A DNA stretch of 64,000 nucleotides from Acholeplasmataceae bacterium (GTDB lineage: Bacteria > Bacillota_I > Bacilli_A > Acholeplasmatales > Acholeplasmataceae). This document shows positions 32,340 through 41,448 of the stretch, in pieces. The DNA is taken from contig OY775910.1 of assembly GCA_963675245.1 (NCBI GenBank), forward strand, positions 1,472,001-1,536,000, given 5' to 3'. The translations under genes were made by a program, and so were the position numbers. Under the pieces are notes generated by a model. That model had not been told where the DNA came from, searched no databases, and was given only the letters and a program-made list of their open reading frames with translations. Positions within the stretch are counted from its first letter, which is position 1, and the number at the start of each line of letters is the position of its first letter.

Positions 32340-33233
32340 TTAGTTTAAATTCTCTTTCAGAACGTTCATAAATGCATCCAAATCATCAGTAATCACTGAA
32401 TGGCCAGCATTTTCAAACGGAATAAGTGTTGCTTGATCTTTAAAATATTTTTTCATTTCTTCAGCATAACTGAATGGTACAACTAAATCTTTCTTGCCAT
32501 GCAGGATGACAATAGGTGCTGTAATCAAATCCATACGACCCGATCCTTTTTCAACACCGTTTGAATCATTTGTCATATTGAAATGAACTAAACTATAATC
32601 CACATCAACAAGATTTCGTTGCTTGAATATCGCATCTAAGTATAGCTCATAATCAGCATCATTAGGCTGTTTGAGGTTATAGATAACGGCATTCCATACT
32701 GCTTTTAATACAGCTCTATTATTATTGGCAAAGGCATTTAATATTGGTACAACCTGAATTGGATCGTTAGATATCTCTTCTTTTGATGTAATCAGTTTAG
32801 TTAATATTGGTTGTCCTTTATCATCTTTTTTAAACATTGGATAACCTTTAATACCTACTGAATCTAACAAGAATACTTTTTTAATGCGATCTTTTAAATC
32901 TGCAGCTACTTCTAAAACTATACCGCCTCCAGTAGACCATCCTAAAATATTAAAATGATTTAAATGAAGTGCATCTACAAACATTTCTACATCAACTGCA
33001 AAATCATGTAATGAATTTAAATTATTCCAATAACTTGAGTCACCAAAGCCTCTTAAATCAATCGCGTAAACTTGATATGAATCTTCCAATTGTTCCATAA
33101 CAATTTGAAAGTGTACAGATGAGCTCATATTACCATGAACTAATAGGATAATATCACCTTTTGTACCAGCTTTTCGATATGCAATTGTTTCACCATTTTC
33201 AAGTTTCACATATTGCACTTGATATTGCTTCAT
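32340..33233 (-). CDS. Alpha/beta hydrolase resembling intracellular PHB depolymerase
   Basis: HGNMSSS, DLRGFGDS, GWSTGG, AGHS. Confidence 0.7.
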   Translation of the reverse strand: MKQYQVQYVKLENGETIAYRKAGTKGDIILLVHGNMSSSVHFQIVMEQLEDSYQVYAIDLRGFGDSSYWNNLNSLHDFAVDVEMFVDALHLNHFNILGWSTGGGIVLEVAADLKDRIKKVFLLDSVGIKGYPMFKKDDKGQPILTKLITSKEEISNDPIQVVPILNAFANNNRAVLKAVWNAVIYNLKQPNDADYELYLDAIFKQRNLVDVDYSLVHFNMTNDSNGVEKGSGRMDLITAPIVILHGKKDLVVPFSYAEEMKKYFKDQATLIPFENAGHSVITDDLDAFMNVLKENLN

Positions 33234-33952
33234 AGTCTCATTCCACCATTTGCATTAATAGTTTGTCCTGTGATATAAGATGCTTCTTCAGATGCTAAGA
33301 ATAAGGCAACATTAGCAATTTCTTGTGGTTGACCTAAACGTTTTAACATCGTCATTGCTGCAAATTGGTCTAATAAATCTTGAGGTACAGTTTTTAGAAT
33401 GTCAGTCATGATATAACCAGGAGCAATCGCGTTAACTCGTACATTTGCACCTTTTCTAGCAAATTCTTTAGCCCATGTCATTGTTAAACCAATGACACCT
33501 GCTTTTGTTGCTGCATAATTTGCTTGACCTATATTACCAAATACACCAACTACTGAACTAATATTAATAATCGATCCATAACCATTGACTTCCATAAGTG
33601 GACCAAATAAGCGTGTCATGTTAAAAACACCTTTTAAATTCACATCGATGACTAAATTCCATTGATCGTCTGTCATTTTTCTTGTCATTGAGTCGCGTGT
33701 GATACCTGCGTTATTAACAAGAATATCGACCTTTCCAAACTTCTCAATTACGTCATCATAAAATGCTTGAATTGCATTAACATCTGTGACATTCAATATG
33801 TAACCATGAACATTTTTGTGTTCATATTTTAATTCACCCATATCAGCTGCAATAACAGTTGCACCTTCATTTGCATATGTTTCAGCAATTGCTTGACCTA
33901 AACCTTGTGCACCACCTGTAACAACAGCGACTTTTCCATCTAATCTTCCCAT
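33230..33952 (-). CDS. fabG: SDR reductase (FabG/acetoacetyl-CoA reductase-like)
   Basis: TGGAQGLG, NNAGITRD, GQANYAATKAG. Confidence 0.85.
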   Translation of the reverse strand: MGRLDGKVAVVTGGAQGLGQAIAETYANEGATVIAADMGELKYEHKNVHGYILNVTDVNAIQAFYDDVIEKFGKVDILVNNAGITRDSMTRKMTDDQWNLVIDVNLKGVFNMTRLFGPLMEVNGYGSIINISSVVGVFGNIGQANYAATKAGVIGLTMTWAKEFARKGANVRVNAIAPGYIMTDILKTVPQDLLDQFAAMTMLKRLGQPQEIANVALFLASEEASYITGQTINANGGMRL

Positions 33953-33967
33953 TTCTTTCTCCTTATA

Positions 33968-35173
33968 TTATACTTTCTTAAGAACTATAGCTGTCCCCAT
34001 ACCGCCACCGATACATAGACTAGCTAAGCCATAATTTGCATTTGTTTTTAACATTTCATGAATCAATGTAACAATAATTCTATTACCAGAGGCACCAACA
34101 GGGTGACCAAGAGCAATTGCACCACCATTAACATTAGTTATCTTTAATACATCTTCTTTGTAAACGCCAAAAGCTTCTTCTAATTCGTGAATAACACCAA
34201 GTGATTGTGCAGCAAATGCTTCATTCAATTCAATTAAATCCAAATCGCTAAAATCAAGATTTGCACGCTTTAAAGCTTGTTTAATTGCAGGTGTTGGTCC
34301 GAGACCCATAACTGAAGGATCAACGCCACCTTGTCCGACACCAATAATTTCAAATAAAGGTGTTAGATTATATTTTTTAACAGCATCTTCGCTTGCAACC
34401 ATGATAAAACTTGCACCGTCATTAATTCCTGAGGAAGTACCTGCTGTGACAGTACCATCTTTTTTGAATGCAGTACGTAAGCTTGATAATTTATCAAGGT
34501 CTGTACGACGATTAATAAATTCATCTTTTTCAAAAACAATGTCACCTTTTCTAGTTTTAATAACGATTGGTACGATTTCATCTTTAAATTTATTTGCATC
34601 GTCAGCTGCAATCGCACGTTGTTGTGACTCCCAAGCGAATGTATCTTGCATTTCACGTGTAATACCATATTTTTCAGCTATATTTTCAGCTGTAATACCC
34701 ATGTGATAGCCATTAAATGCGTCAGTTAACGCATCATAAATCATGTGATCCCTTAATGTTTGATCACCCATTTTAACACCTGTCCGTGCAGCACCAGGTA
34801 CTAAGAATGGAGCACCACTCATCGATTCTGCGCCACCAGCTACCATAATTTCAGCTAGACCAGCTTTAATTGAAGAATAAGCATTCATAACTGTTTTCAT
34901 ACCTGAACCACAAACCATATTTAGTGTTGAAGCAGGAACAGATGATGGAATGCCAGCGTTGATAGAAATCTGACGACCAACATTTTGTCCTAATCCAGCA
35001 CTTAAGATATTACCAACAAGTACTTCATCAATTGATTCAGGATTAACTTTTGAAGACACCAATAGTGCCTTTAACACTTGTGTACCAAATTCAGCTGGAT
35101 GCACTGAGCTAAGCATTCCCATGAACGAACCTATAGCACTTCTTTTCGCACCCACCACATAAACTTTACTCAT
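33968..35173 (-). CDS. Acetyl-CoA C-acetyltransferase (thiolase)
   Basis: NMVCGSG, NEAFAAQ, GGAIALGHPVGASG, SLCIGGGMG. Confidence 0.96.
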   Translation of the reverse strand: MSKVYVVGAKRSAIGSFMGMLSSVHPAEFGTQVLKALLVSSKVNPESIDEVLVGNILSAGLGQNVGRQISINAGIPSSVPASTLNMVCGSGMKTVMNAYSSIKAGLAEIMVAGGAESMSGAPFLVPGAARTGVKMGDQTLRDHMIYDALTDAFNGYHMGITAENIAEKYGITREMQDTFAWESQQRAIAADDANKFKDEIVPIVIKTRKGDIVFEKDEFINRRTDLDKLSSLRTAFKKDGTVTAGTSSGINDGASFIMVASEDAVKKYNLTPLFEIIGVGQGGVDPSVMGLGPTPAIKQALKRANLDFSDLDLIELNEAFAAQSLGVIHELEEAFGVYKEDVLKITNVNGGAIALGHPVGASGNRIIVTLIHEMLKTNANYGLASLCIGGGMGTAIVLKKV

Positions 35174-35290
35174 TTATATCCTCCTAGATAAAGCGTTTAC
35201 ATTTTTAACATTATAAAAGGATGCCTAAGTCGTTAATGCTTGTTTTTTATACCAACAAACACTTATTCGCTTTATACATCGTTTTTAAAC

Positions 35291-35452
35291 TGAATATATA
35301 TTCATATTACGATTTCATCATATCACAAACTTTTTTCATTGTCAACGAATTATGAATAAAAAGTCATATTAATTACAAGCGTTTACATATTTATATTTAA
35401 ATAACTAATCTTAATTTGTTTAATCATTGTAAACTTGCTGAATAAAAATTCA
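35291..35452. promoter_or_regulatory. Thiolase-operon promoter and three palindromic operators
   Basis: Minus-strand TTGACA (35345-35340)-17-TATGAT (35322-35317) with TG; TGAATATATATTCA 35291, TGAATAAAAAGTCA 35353, TGAATAAAAATTCA 35439. Confidence 0.75.
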
Positions 35453-35506
35453 TGTTTTTGTTGTGTTTTGACTTTTTTTAGTTTACACTAGTAATAGGTG
35501 AAATGA

Positions 35507-36115
35507 ATGAGTAAGAAAACATATCGTCTACCAAAGAGGAAAGACGGACAAAAAACATTTGATCAAATTATAGATACTGGAAAAAAACTTTTTTCCAAAC
35601 AAGGCTATGTTGCTACTTCTATTAATGAAATTATTGATGAAGCAGGTATTGCAACAGGTACTTTTTATCTATATTTTGATGATAAACTTGCGTTATACTC
35701 TTATATTCTCCTTGAGTATCACAAAAGCATTAGAAAACACATCAACGAGAAAATTAAAAACGTCCACACAAGATATGAAAAAGAAAGGCTTGGTATCAAA
35801 GCCTTCTTACAATTAGCATGGGACGACCCACTTGTTTATAAAATTATTTGGGAGTCAATGTTTATTGATGAATCACTTTTTAAGGAATACTATCAAACCT
35901 TTAGTGAAGACTATGTAAGAGGATTAAGTCATTCTGTTGAGCGTGGTGAAGTAAGAGATGATATTGATTTAGAAACTTTATCATATATTCTTATGGGTAT
36001 TTCTAACTTCGTTGGTTTACAAGTCTTATTTGGTGATACCTTAACCGAGAAAAAATTAGATATGATCGTCGATAACGTGATGAAAGTCTTAGAAATTGGT
36101 ATGTTCATAAAATAA
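35507..36115 (+). CDS. TetR/AcrR family regulator
   Basis: LFSKQGYVATSINEIIDEAGIATGTFYLYFDDK HTH. Confidence 0.93.
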   Translation: MSKKTYRLPKRKDGQKTFDQIIDTGKKLFSKQGYVATSINEIIDEAGIATGTFYLYFDDKLALYSYILLEYHKSIRKHINEKIKNVHTRYEKERLGIKAFLQLAWDDPLVYKIIWESMFIDESLFKEYYQTFSEDYVRGLSHSVERGEVRDDIDLETLSYILMGISNFVGLQVLFGDTLTEKKLDMIVDNVMKVLEIGMFIK

Positions 36116-36138
36116 AAGCACTCTGAGAGTGCTTTTTT
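36114..36138. terminator. Bidirectional terminator
   Basis: AAAAGCACTC-tga-GAGTGCTTTTTT. Confidence 0.85.
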
Positions 36139-37192
36139 AATGATCAAATAACGATAATTGTTCGACCGACAATTTTTTATTGCCTGAAACAATGCGTTGC
36201 CATTTGGCACTTCTTCCAGTACCTAGTGGTCGAATCTTGTTCTCATCACGTAATCTCTTTAACGTCCGATCAATGGTCGCATCAGATACATTCGGATGAC
36301 GTTTTCTTAAATCATTCTTAGAAAAAATTTCAGGTAATTTCAATATACTATTTTCTAAGTTATCACTCTTATTGAGTTTCTTCTCGAATGCATATTCGTG
36401 TGCAAATGAATCAATTTCTTTATAGCTATCTAAAATAATATTGACTAAAAAGCGATTGAGCATATCTATTTGTGGATAACCTTGTTCCCAATAATAACTT
36501 GCTTGAACAAAACTATTATCCCAAGCATCTTTTACATGTAGAAAATATGTAAAGAAACTTGCATACTTGAATACACCAAAACGTCTTGAAACCATTGCAA
36601 AAAGTAGTATAGAAGCAATTAACTTATCTTGAGCACTAACAATTTTCATATTAAGAAAATCAACGTAAAAGCTCGTGATTAACTGCGTTAATTCGTGTTT
36701 CTTATCTCTTTCAGATTTATCATATAACATCATAAGTTGTTCGAGATCTTCTCGTTTACCTAATCTTGCTTTACTACCCAGCATACCTTCAGTTTTCGTG
36801 CTTGAAGGGTTAAAGTTGATGGGATCACTATGTTTCGACAATAATTTCAGTAAATTACCAACTTCATTAGGTAATAATTCAAAATCATCAAGACCATCGC
36901 GCAATTGATGTATAGCCAATTTTACATTATTTAATAAGTGTTCATCCTTGGTTCTAGGAACCATTTTCTTTTTAGCAAACAATTTAACTCTTGATTCAGT
37001 CATGCTTAAATCAAGATATTTTGCGATGGCTATAATATCTTTTTCTTCAGCTTTTTTTGAGAATGCTTGAAAATCACGACTAAACAAATCATCATAGTAA
37101 AATGATTTTCCTTTATACTCATATAATGTTAGCAAAAGTAACATCATTTCTGCGTTTATTTGGACACGCTCTATATTTTTAAGTGCGTTCAT
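36137..37192 (-). CDS. Fic-like protein with degenerate active site and C-terminal HTH
   Basis: Layout of Firmicutes Fic proteins; PNVSDATIDRTLKRLRDENKIRPLGTGRSAKW tail; HPFxxGNGR absent. Confidence 0.6.
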   Translation of the reverse strand: MNALKNIERVQINAEMMLLLLTLYEYKGKSFYYDDLFSRDFQAFSKKAEEKDIIAIAKYLDLSMTESRVKLFAKKKMVPRTKDEHLLNNVKLAIHQLRDGLDDFELLPNEVGNLLKLLSKHSDPINFNPSSTKTEGMLGSKARLGKREDLEQLMMLYDKSERDKKHELTQLITSFYVDFLNMKIVSAQDKLIASILLFAMVSRRFGVFKYASFFTYFLHVKDAWDNSFVQASYYWEQGYPQIDMLNRFLVNIILDSYKEIDSFAHEYAFEKKLNKSDNLENSILKLPEIFSKNDLRKRHPNVSDATIDRTLKRLRDENKIRPLGTGRSAKWQRIVSGNKKLSVEQLSLFDH

Positions 37193-37200
37193 GACTTCTC

Positions 37201-38838
37201 CTATTCGTAACAAGATCCTCCAATAAATTCACGAATCAGTGAATTGTTTGGAACAAGTTTATCATCAAGATCAACAAAATATTTTAGGAATTTCAATAAA
37301 CGATTCGCTGTTATAAAATGTTTAGACTCTGTTGGAATAGCTCTTAGTTGTTGAAGAGCATATTTTTTTAGAACAGCTAGCTCATATGATAATTCAGAAT
37401 TAAAAACATAATCCGCTTCTTTTTGGAATGGATAAATCCATTTGAACTCACCACGTCTAACGGATTGCCACATCTCCATCGTGTCTATCGCAGGTGTCCC
37501 TCTAAATTGCTGATCTCTAACAATGCGTCTTAATAATCTTAATTCTGTAATTGAGATAGGATTATGATCATCAATATGGAGTTGTGTTTGAGGCGAAATA
37601 TAAATTTTGAATTTTTGATGTTTAGGGATAGACGCAGTCAATCGTTCATTTAAAGCGTGAATTCCCTCAATAATAATAGGTGTATCACCTTTTAGATGAA
37701 TCTTTTTACCTGCTTCTCTTTTACCGGTTTGGAAATTAAATTGTGGTAATGTAACAGGTTCACCTTGGATAAGAGCTAACATATCACGATTAAACAGGTT
37801 TAAATCTAATGCTTCAATGTGCTCTAAATCAGGTTTCCCATCGTCATCTTTAGGTGCTAAATCTTTTCCTAAATAATAATCATCAATCGAAATACGTATA
37901 GGATGAATACCTCTAGTCATCAATTCGACACGCAATCTTTTAGCAAACGTTGTTTTTCCAGAAGATGATGGTCCAGCAATGGCGATTAATCTCAATGAGT
38001 CAGAATTACTTGCAATCATGTCACCAAGTTCAGCAAGCATATGAAAATGCTTTGTTTCACACATATTAACAAATTCAATAGCTTTTTCAGAATCTTTAGA
38101 CCATTCATTCATTCTTGGAATTGTATTTCCAGATATAACTTGACCCCATCTTGCAGATTCTTTTAAGGCTTTACCAAAAGTAGGTTCATCTATAAATGGG
38201 GGAATTTCACCATTTAGCTCTGCTCTAGGATAATGTATTAAAAATCCTGGATGATAGAGTCTTAATGCGTAAGCTTCAATGTAACCGGTAGATGGCAACA
38301 TATAACCAAACATATAATTCATATACCCTTCACATTCATAAAGATTGACGTATTCTTCTTCACGATATTTAATAATATTAACCTTATCATTCATCCCAAA
38401 GGATTTATATAATTGTAGGGCTTCACCGACTGAAACACGTCGTCTGTTTATCTTGAAATCGCTAGCGATAATACGGTCTATTTCAGCTTTTAATTCATCT
38501 AGCTTATCTTGATTCAAAGTACCTTTTAAACCTTCAAATATAGCCAATATAGACCTTGAAATACTATAGTTAAAATGGATTGTTGACTGTCCAAAGATAC
38601 GATGGGCTGCCATTGCTGTAATATATCTTAATGTTGCTTCATACATGTGAATCGCATCCGGTGATTCATAACCAATAAACTTAATATCAGAATCTTTTGT
38701 TATAACATACGTTAATTCTCTTAGTCGACCATTAACAGTGGCAGCCAAGACATGCTTCCCATCGCACGCCTCAACCACTTCTTCAAGTGTTAATGGATTT
38801 TCAAACGTTAGCGTCTGATCACATACACTTAATTTCAT
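37201..38838 (-). CDS. Nucleoside (uridine) kinase family protein with ThrRS-like N-terminus
   Basis: AGPSSSGKTT, ISIDDYY, IEGIHALN, RLLRRIVRD. Confidence 0.88.
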   Translation of the reverse strand: MKLSVCDQTLTFENPLTLEEVVEACDGKHVLAATVNGRLRELTYVITKDSDIKFIGYESPDAIHMYEATLRYITAMAAHRIFGQSTIHFNYSISRSILAIFEGLKGTLNQDKLDELKAEIDRIIASDFKINRRRVSVGEALQLYKSFGMNDKVNIIKYREEEYVNLYECEGYMNYMFGYMLPSTGYIEAYALRLYHPGFLIHYPRAELNGEIPPFIDEPTFGKALKESARWGQVISGNTIPRMNEWSKDSEKAIEFVNMCETKHFHMLAELGDMIASNSDSLRLIAIAGPSSSGKTTFAKRLRVELMTRGIHPIRISIDDYYLGKDLAPKDDDGKPDLEHIEALDLNLFNRDMLALIQGEPVTLPQFNFQTGKREAGKKIHLKGDTPIIIEGIHALNERLTASIPKHQKFKIYISPQTQLHIDDHNPISITELRLLRRIVRDQQFRGTPAIDTMEMWQSVRRGEFKWIYPFQKEADYVFNSELSYELAVLKKYALQQLRAIPTESKHFITANRLLKFLKYFVDLDDKLVPNNSLIREFIGGSCYE

Positions 38839-38847
38839 ATTTTTCTC

Positions 38848-41448
38848 CTAGTTATCTTCATCATCAAAAAGATCAAATCGTGTTAAATGAATCGCTGTTT
38901 TATCTTTTGTGATGACTTGTTCTTCTTTGATTGGTGCTGGTTCTTTAAGTATTGGAATCTCTTTTCTTTTTTGTGGTTTTGCTTTCAATTCAAGATCGAT
39001 TTTTTCATGATCGATTTGAATCATTTGTGCTTGACCGTATACCTCTTCATCAATCATTTTTTTGCCAAATTTATTCGCGTTATACTTAAGTTCGTTTGCT
39101 GTTGTTTTTAATGCCCCTTTTTCAGAGACAATTAGAACTGGTACATCTTCTTTTTGCTGAGCTCTGGATAATCTTGCAATAGAAGCACCAAAATGTGGAT
39201 TAGATTTCAATCTATCAATGACTAAAATACCACGTCTGTTTCTACCGTAAGTCGGTAATTCTTCAACAACATCTTTTATAACATGACCTCTAGTCGTTAA
39301 ACAGACAAATTCATCACTTTCATGGACATATATTGCACCTACGAGTCGATCGTCATCAGCGATTGAAGCACCTTTAACGCCACCGGCTTGTAAGCCATAT
39401 AAAGGCAATTCTTCGGTTTTAAATCTGAGACAATAGCCACGCTTTGTTAATGATAATATATTTTCTTTTTCACCTCGATCGACTGAAACTAATTCATCAC
39501 CATCAGACAATTTCATTGCCTTTAACGATTTATAATAGCGCGTCACATTGAGATCTTCAATCTTAACTTGTTTCATCATACCTTGTTTTGATGCTAAAAG
39601 AAAATGCTCATGTGTGTCAAAACGATCGATCGCATGTACCTTAACAATCACTTCATCACGTTCAATTGGTGTAATATTATTAATGTATGTCCCTAAATCC
39701 TTCCATTTCTGTTCTTCAATTTTAAAGACAGGAAGGAAGATATAATTACCTAGGTTTGTAAATAACAATAATGTTTCTAATGTACTCGTCTCTCGTTCGT
39801 AAATTAGTGCATCATCTTGCTTTAATCCTGGATCTGGTGTTGCACTATAACTTCTTAAACTAGCACGTTTTACATAACCTTCTCTGGTAATACCGATAAT
39901 GACATTTTCTTCACTAATCAAATCTTTTTGATCTATTTTTATCGTTTCAATTTCATCCTCTATGATTGTTCTTCTATCATCGCCAAGGTTAACTGAAACT
40001 TCCATCAATTCTCGCTTAATAACGCGTTTTAATGCAGATTCGCTCGATAAAATATGATTTAACTCAACAATGTTTTCTTGAAGTGAATCTTGTTCGTTTT
40101 GGAGGGCAACAACATCAGTATTGGATAAGCGATAGAGTTGTAATGTAACAATCGCTTCTGCTTGAAGATCTGTAAATCCAAAAGCGGATATAATATTTTC
40201 TTTTGCGTTAGCTTTATTTTGTGATTGACGAATGATACGAATAATATCTTCAACGACTGAAACCATCTTAATTAAACCTTCAACAATATGTTGACGTTTA
40301 GTGGCTTTTTCAAGTTCATAATTTGAACGGTTTGTAATGACATCTTTTTGATGATCAACATATGCCTTCAAGATCGGTAAAATACCTACTTGAACAGGTC
40401 TATGATTCATAATAGCAACCATATTATAACTATATGAGACTTGAAGATCAGTTGATTTAAATAAAAGATTTGAAATCAGTAGTGGATCTGCACCTTTTTT
40501 TAGATCAACGGCGATTCTTAACCCCTGTTGATCTGTTTCATCTCGAATTTCAATGATATCATCTATCTTTTGGTTAATTCTTAATTGATCCATATTACGT
40601 ACTAAATCCGCTTTATTGACTTCAAAAGGTATTTCAGTAATGACAATTCTTTCTTGAGATTTAGAAATTTCTTCTACACTCGTTTTAGAACGAATGATGA
40701 TTTTACCTGAACCATTTTCAAGTGCACTTAAAATACCATCTTTCCCCTGGACAATACCTCCTGTAGGAAAATCTGGTCCTAATACAATTTTTGATAATTC
40801 AGCTACACCAATATTCTCATTTGCGAGATAAGCGATGGTCGCTTCAACCACTTCTCTTAGATTATGAGGTGGAATTTTTGTTGCGTAACCTGCTGAAATT
40901 CCCATGGCACCATTGACAAGCAAATTAGGAAATTTAGCTGGAAGAACAGTCGGTTCCAACTCTTCATCATCAAAGTTAGGAATAAAAGGAACAGTTCGCT
41001 TGTCGATATCAGCTAATAATGCTTCTGCTGCATTTGAAAGTCTGGCTTCTGTATAACGCATTGCTGCAGCACTATCACCATCTATAGAACCGTTGTTCCC
41101 ATGCATATCAATTAAGTTAACACGCATCTTAAAATCTTGACTTAATCTCACCATTGCCTCGTATATGGATGAATCACCATGAGGATGATATTTTCCCATA
41201 ACTTCACCAGCAATACGTGCTGATTTTTTATAAGGTGTGTTATGAAACATCTTTAGTTGTTGCATAGCAAATAAGATACGTCTTTGAACAGGTTTTAAAC
41301 CGTCTCTAGCATCTGGAAGTGCACGATCTTGAATAATATATTTTGAATATCGTCCAAATCGATCAGATACAATCTCTTCAAGGGTTGTTTCAATGACTGT
41401 TTCAATAAAATCATCGATTTGTTTGCTGATGTCTTTCTTAGTAGCCAT
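38848..41448 (-). CDS. parC: DNA topoisomerase IV subunit A
   Basis: RYSKYIIQDRALPD, YHPHGDSS, AAMRYTEARL. Confidence 0.95.
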   Translation of the reverse strand: MATKKDISKQIDDFIETVIETTLEEIVSDRFGRYSKYIIQDRALPDARDGLKPVQRRILFAMQQLKMFHNTPYKKSARIAGEVMGKYHPHGDSSIYEAMVRLSQDFKMRVNLIDMHGNNGSIDGDSAAAMRYTEARLSNAAEALLADIDKRTVPFIPNFDDEELEPTVLPAKFPNLLVNGAMGISAGYATKIPPHNLREVVEATIAYLANENIGVAELSKIVLGPDFPTGGIVQGKDGILSALENGSGKIIIRSKTSVEEISKSQERIVITEIPFEVNKADLVRNMDQLRINQKIDDIIEIRDETDQQGLRIAVDLKKGADPLLISNLLFKSTDLQVSYSYNMVAIMNHRPVQVGILPILKAYVDHQKDVITNRSNYELEKATKRQHIVEGLIKMVSVVEDIIRIIRQSQNKANAKENIISAFGFTDLQAEAIVTLQLYRLSNTDVVALQNEQDSLQENIVELNHILSSESALKRVIKRELMEVSVNLGDDRRTIIEDEIETIKIDQKDLISEENVIIGITREGYVKRASLRSYSATPDPGLKQDDALIYERETSTLETLLLFTNLGNYIFLPVFKIEEQKWKDLGTYINNITPIERDEVIVKVHAIDRFDTHEHFLLASKQGMMKQVKIEDLNVTRYYKSLKAMKLSDGDELVSVDRGEKENILSLTKRGYCLRFKTEELPLYGLQAGGVKGASIADDDRLVGAIYVHESDEFVCLTTRGHVIKDVVEELPTYGRNRRGILVIDRLKSNPHFGASIARLSRAQQKEDVPVLIVSEKGALKTTANELKYNANKFGKKMIDEEVYGQAQMIQIDHEKIDLELKAKPQKRKEIPILKEPAPIKEEQVITKDKTAIHLTRFDLFDDEDN

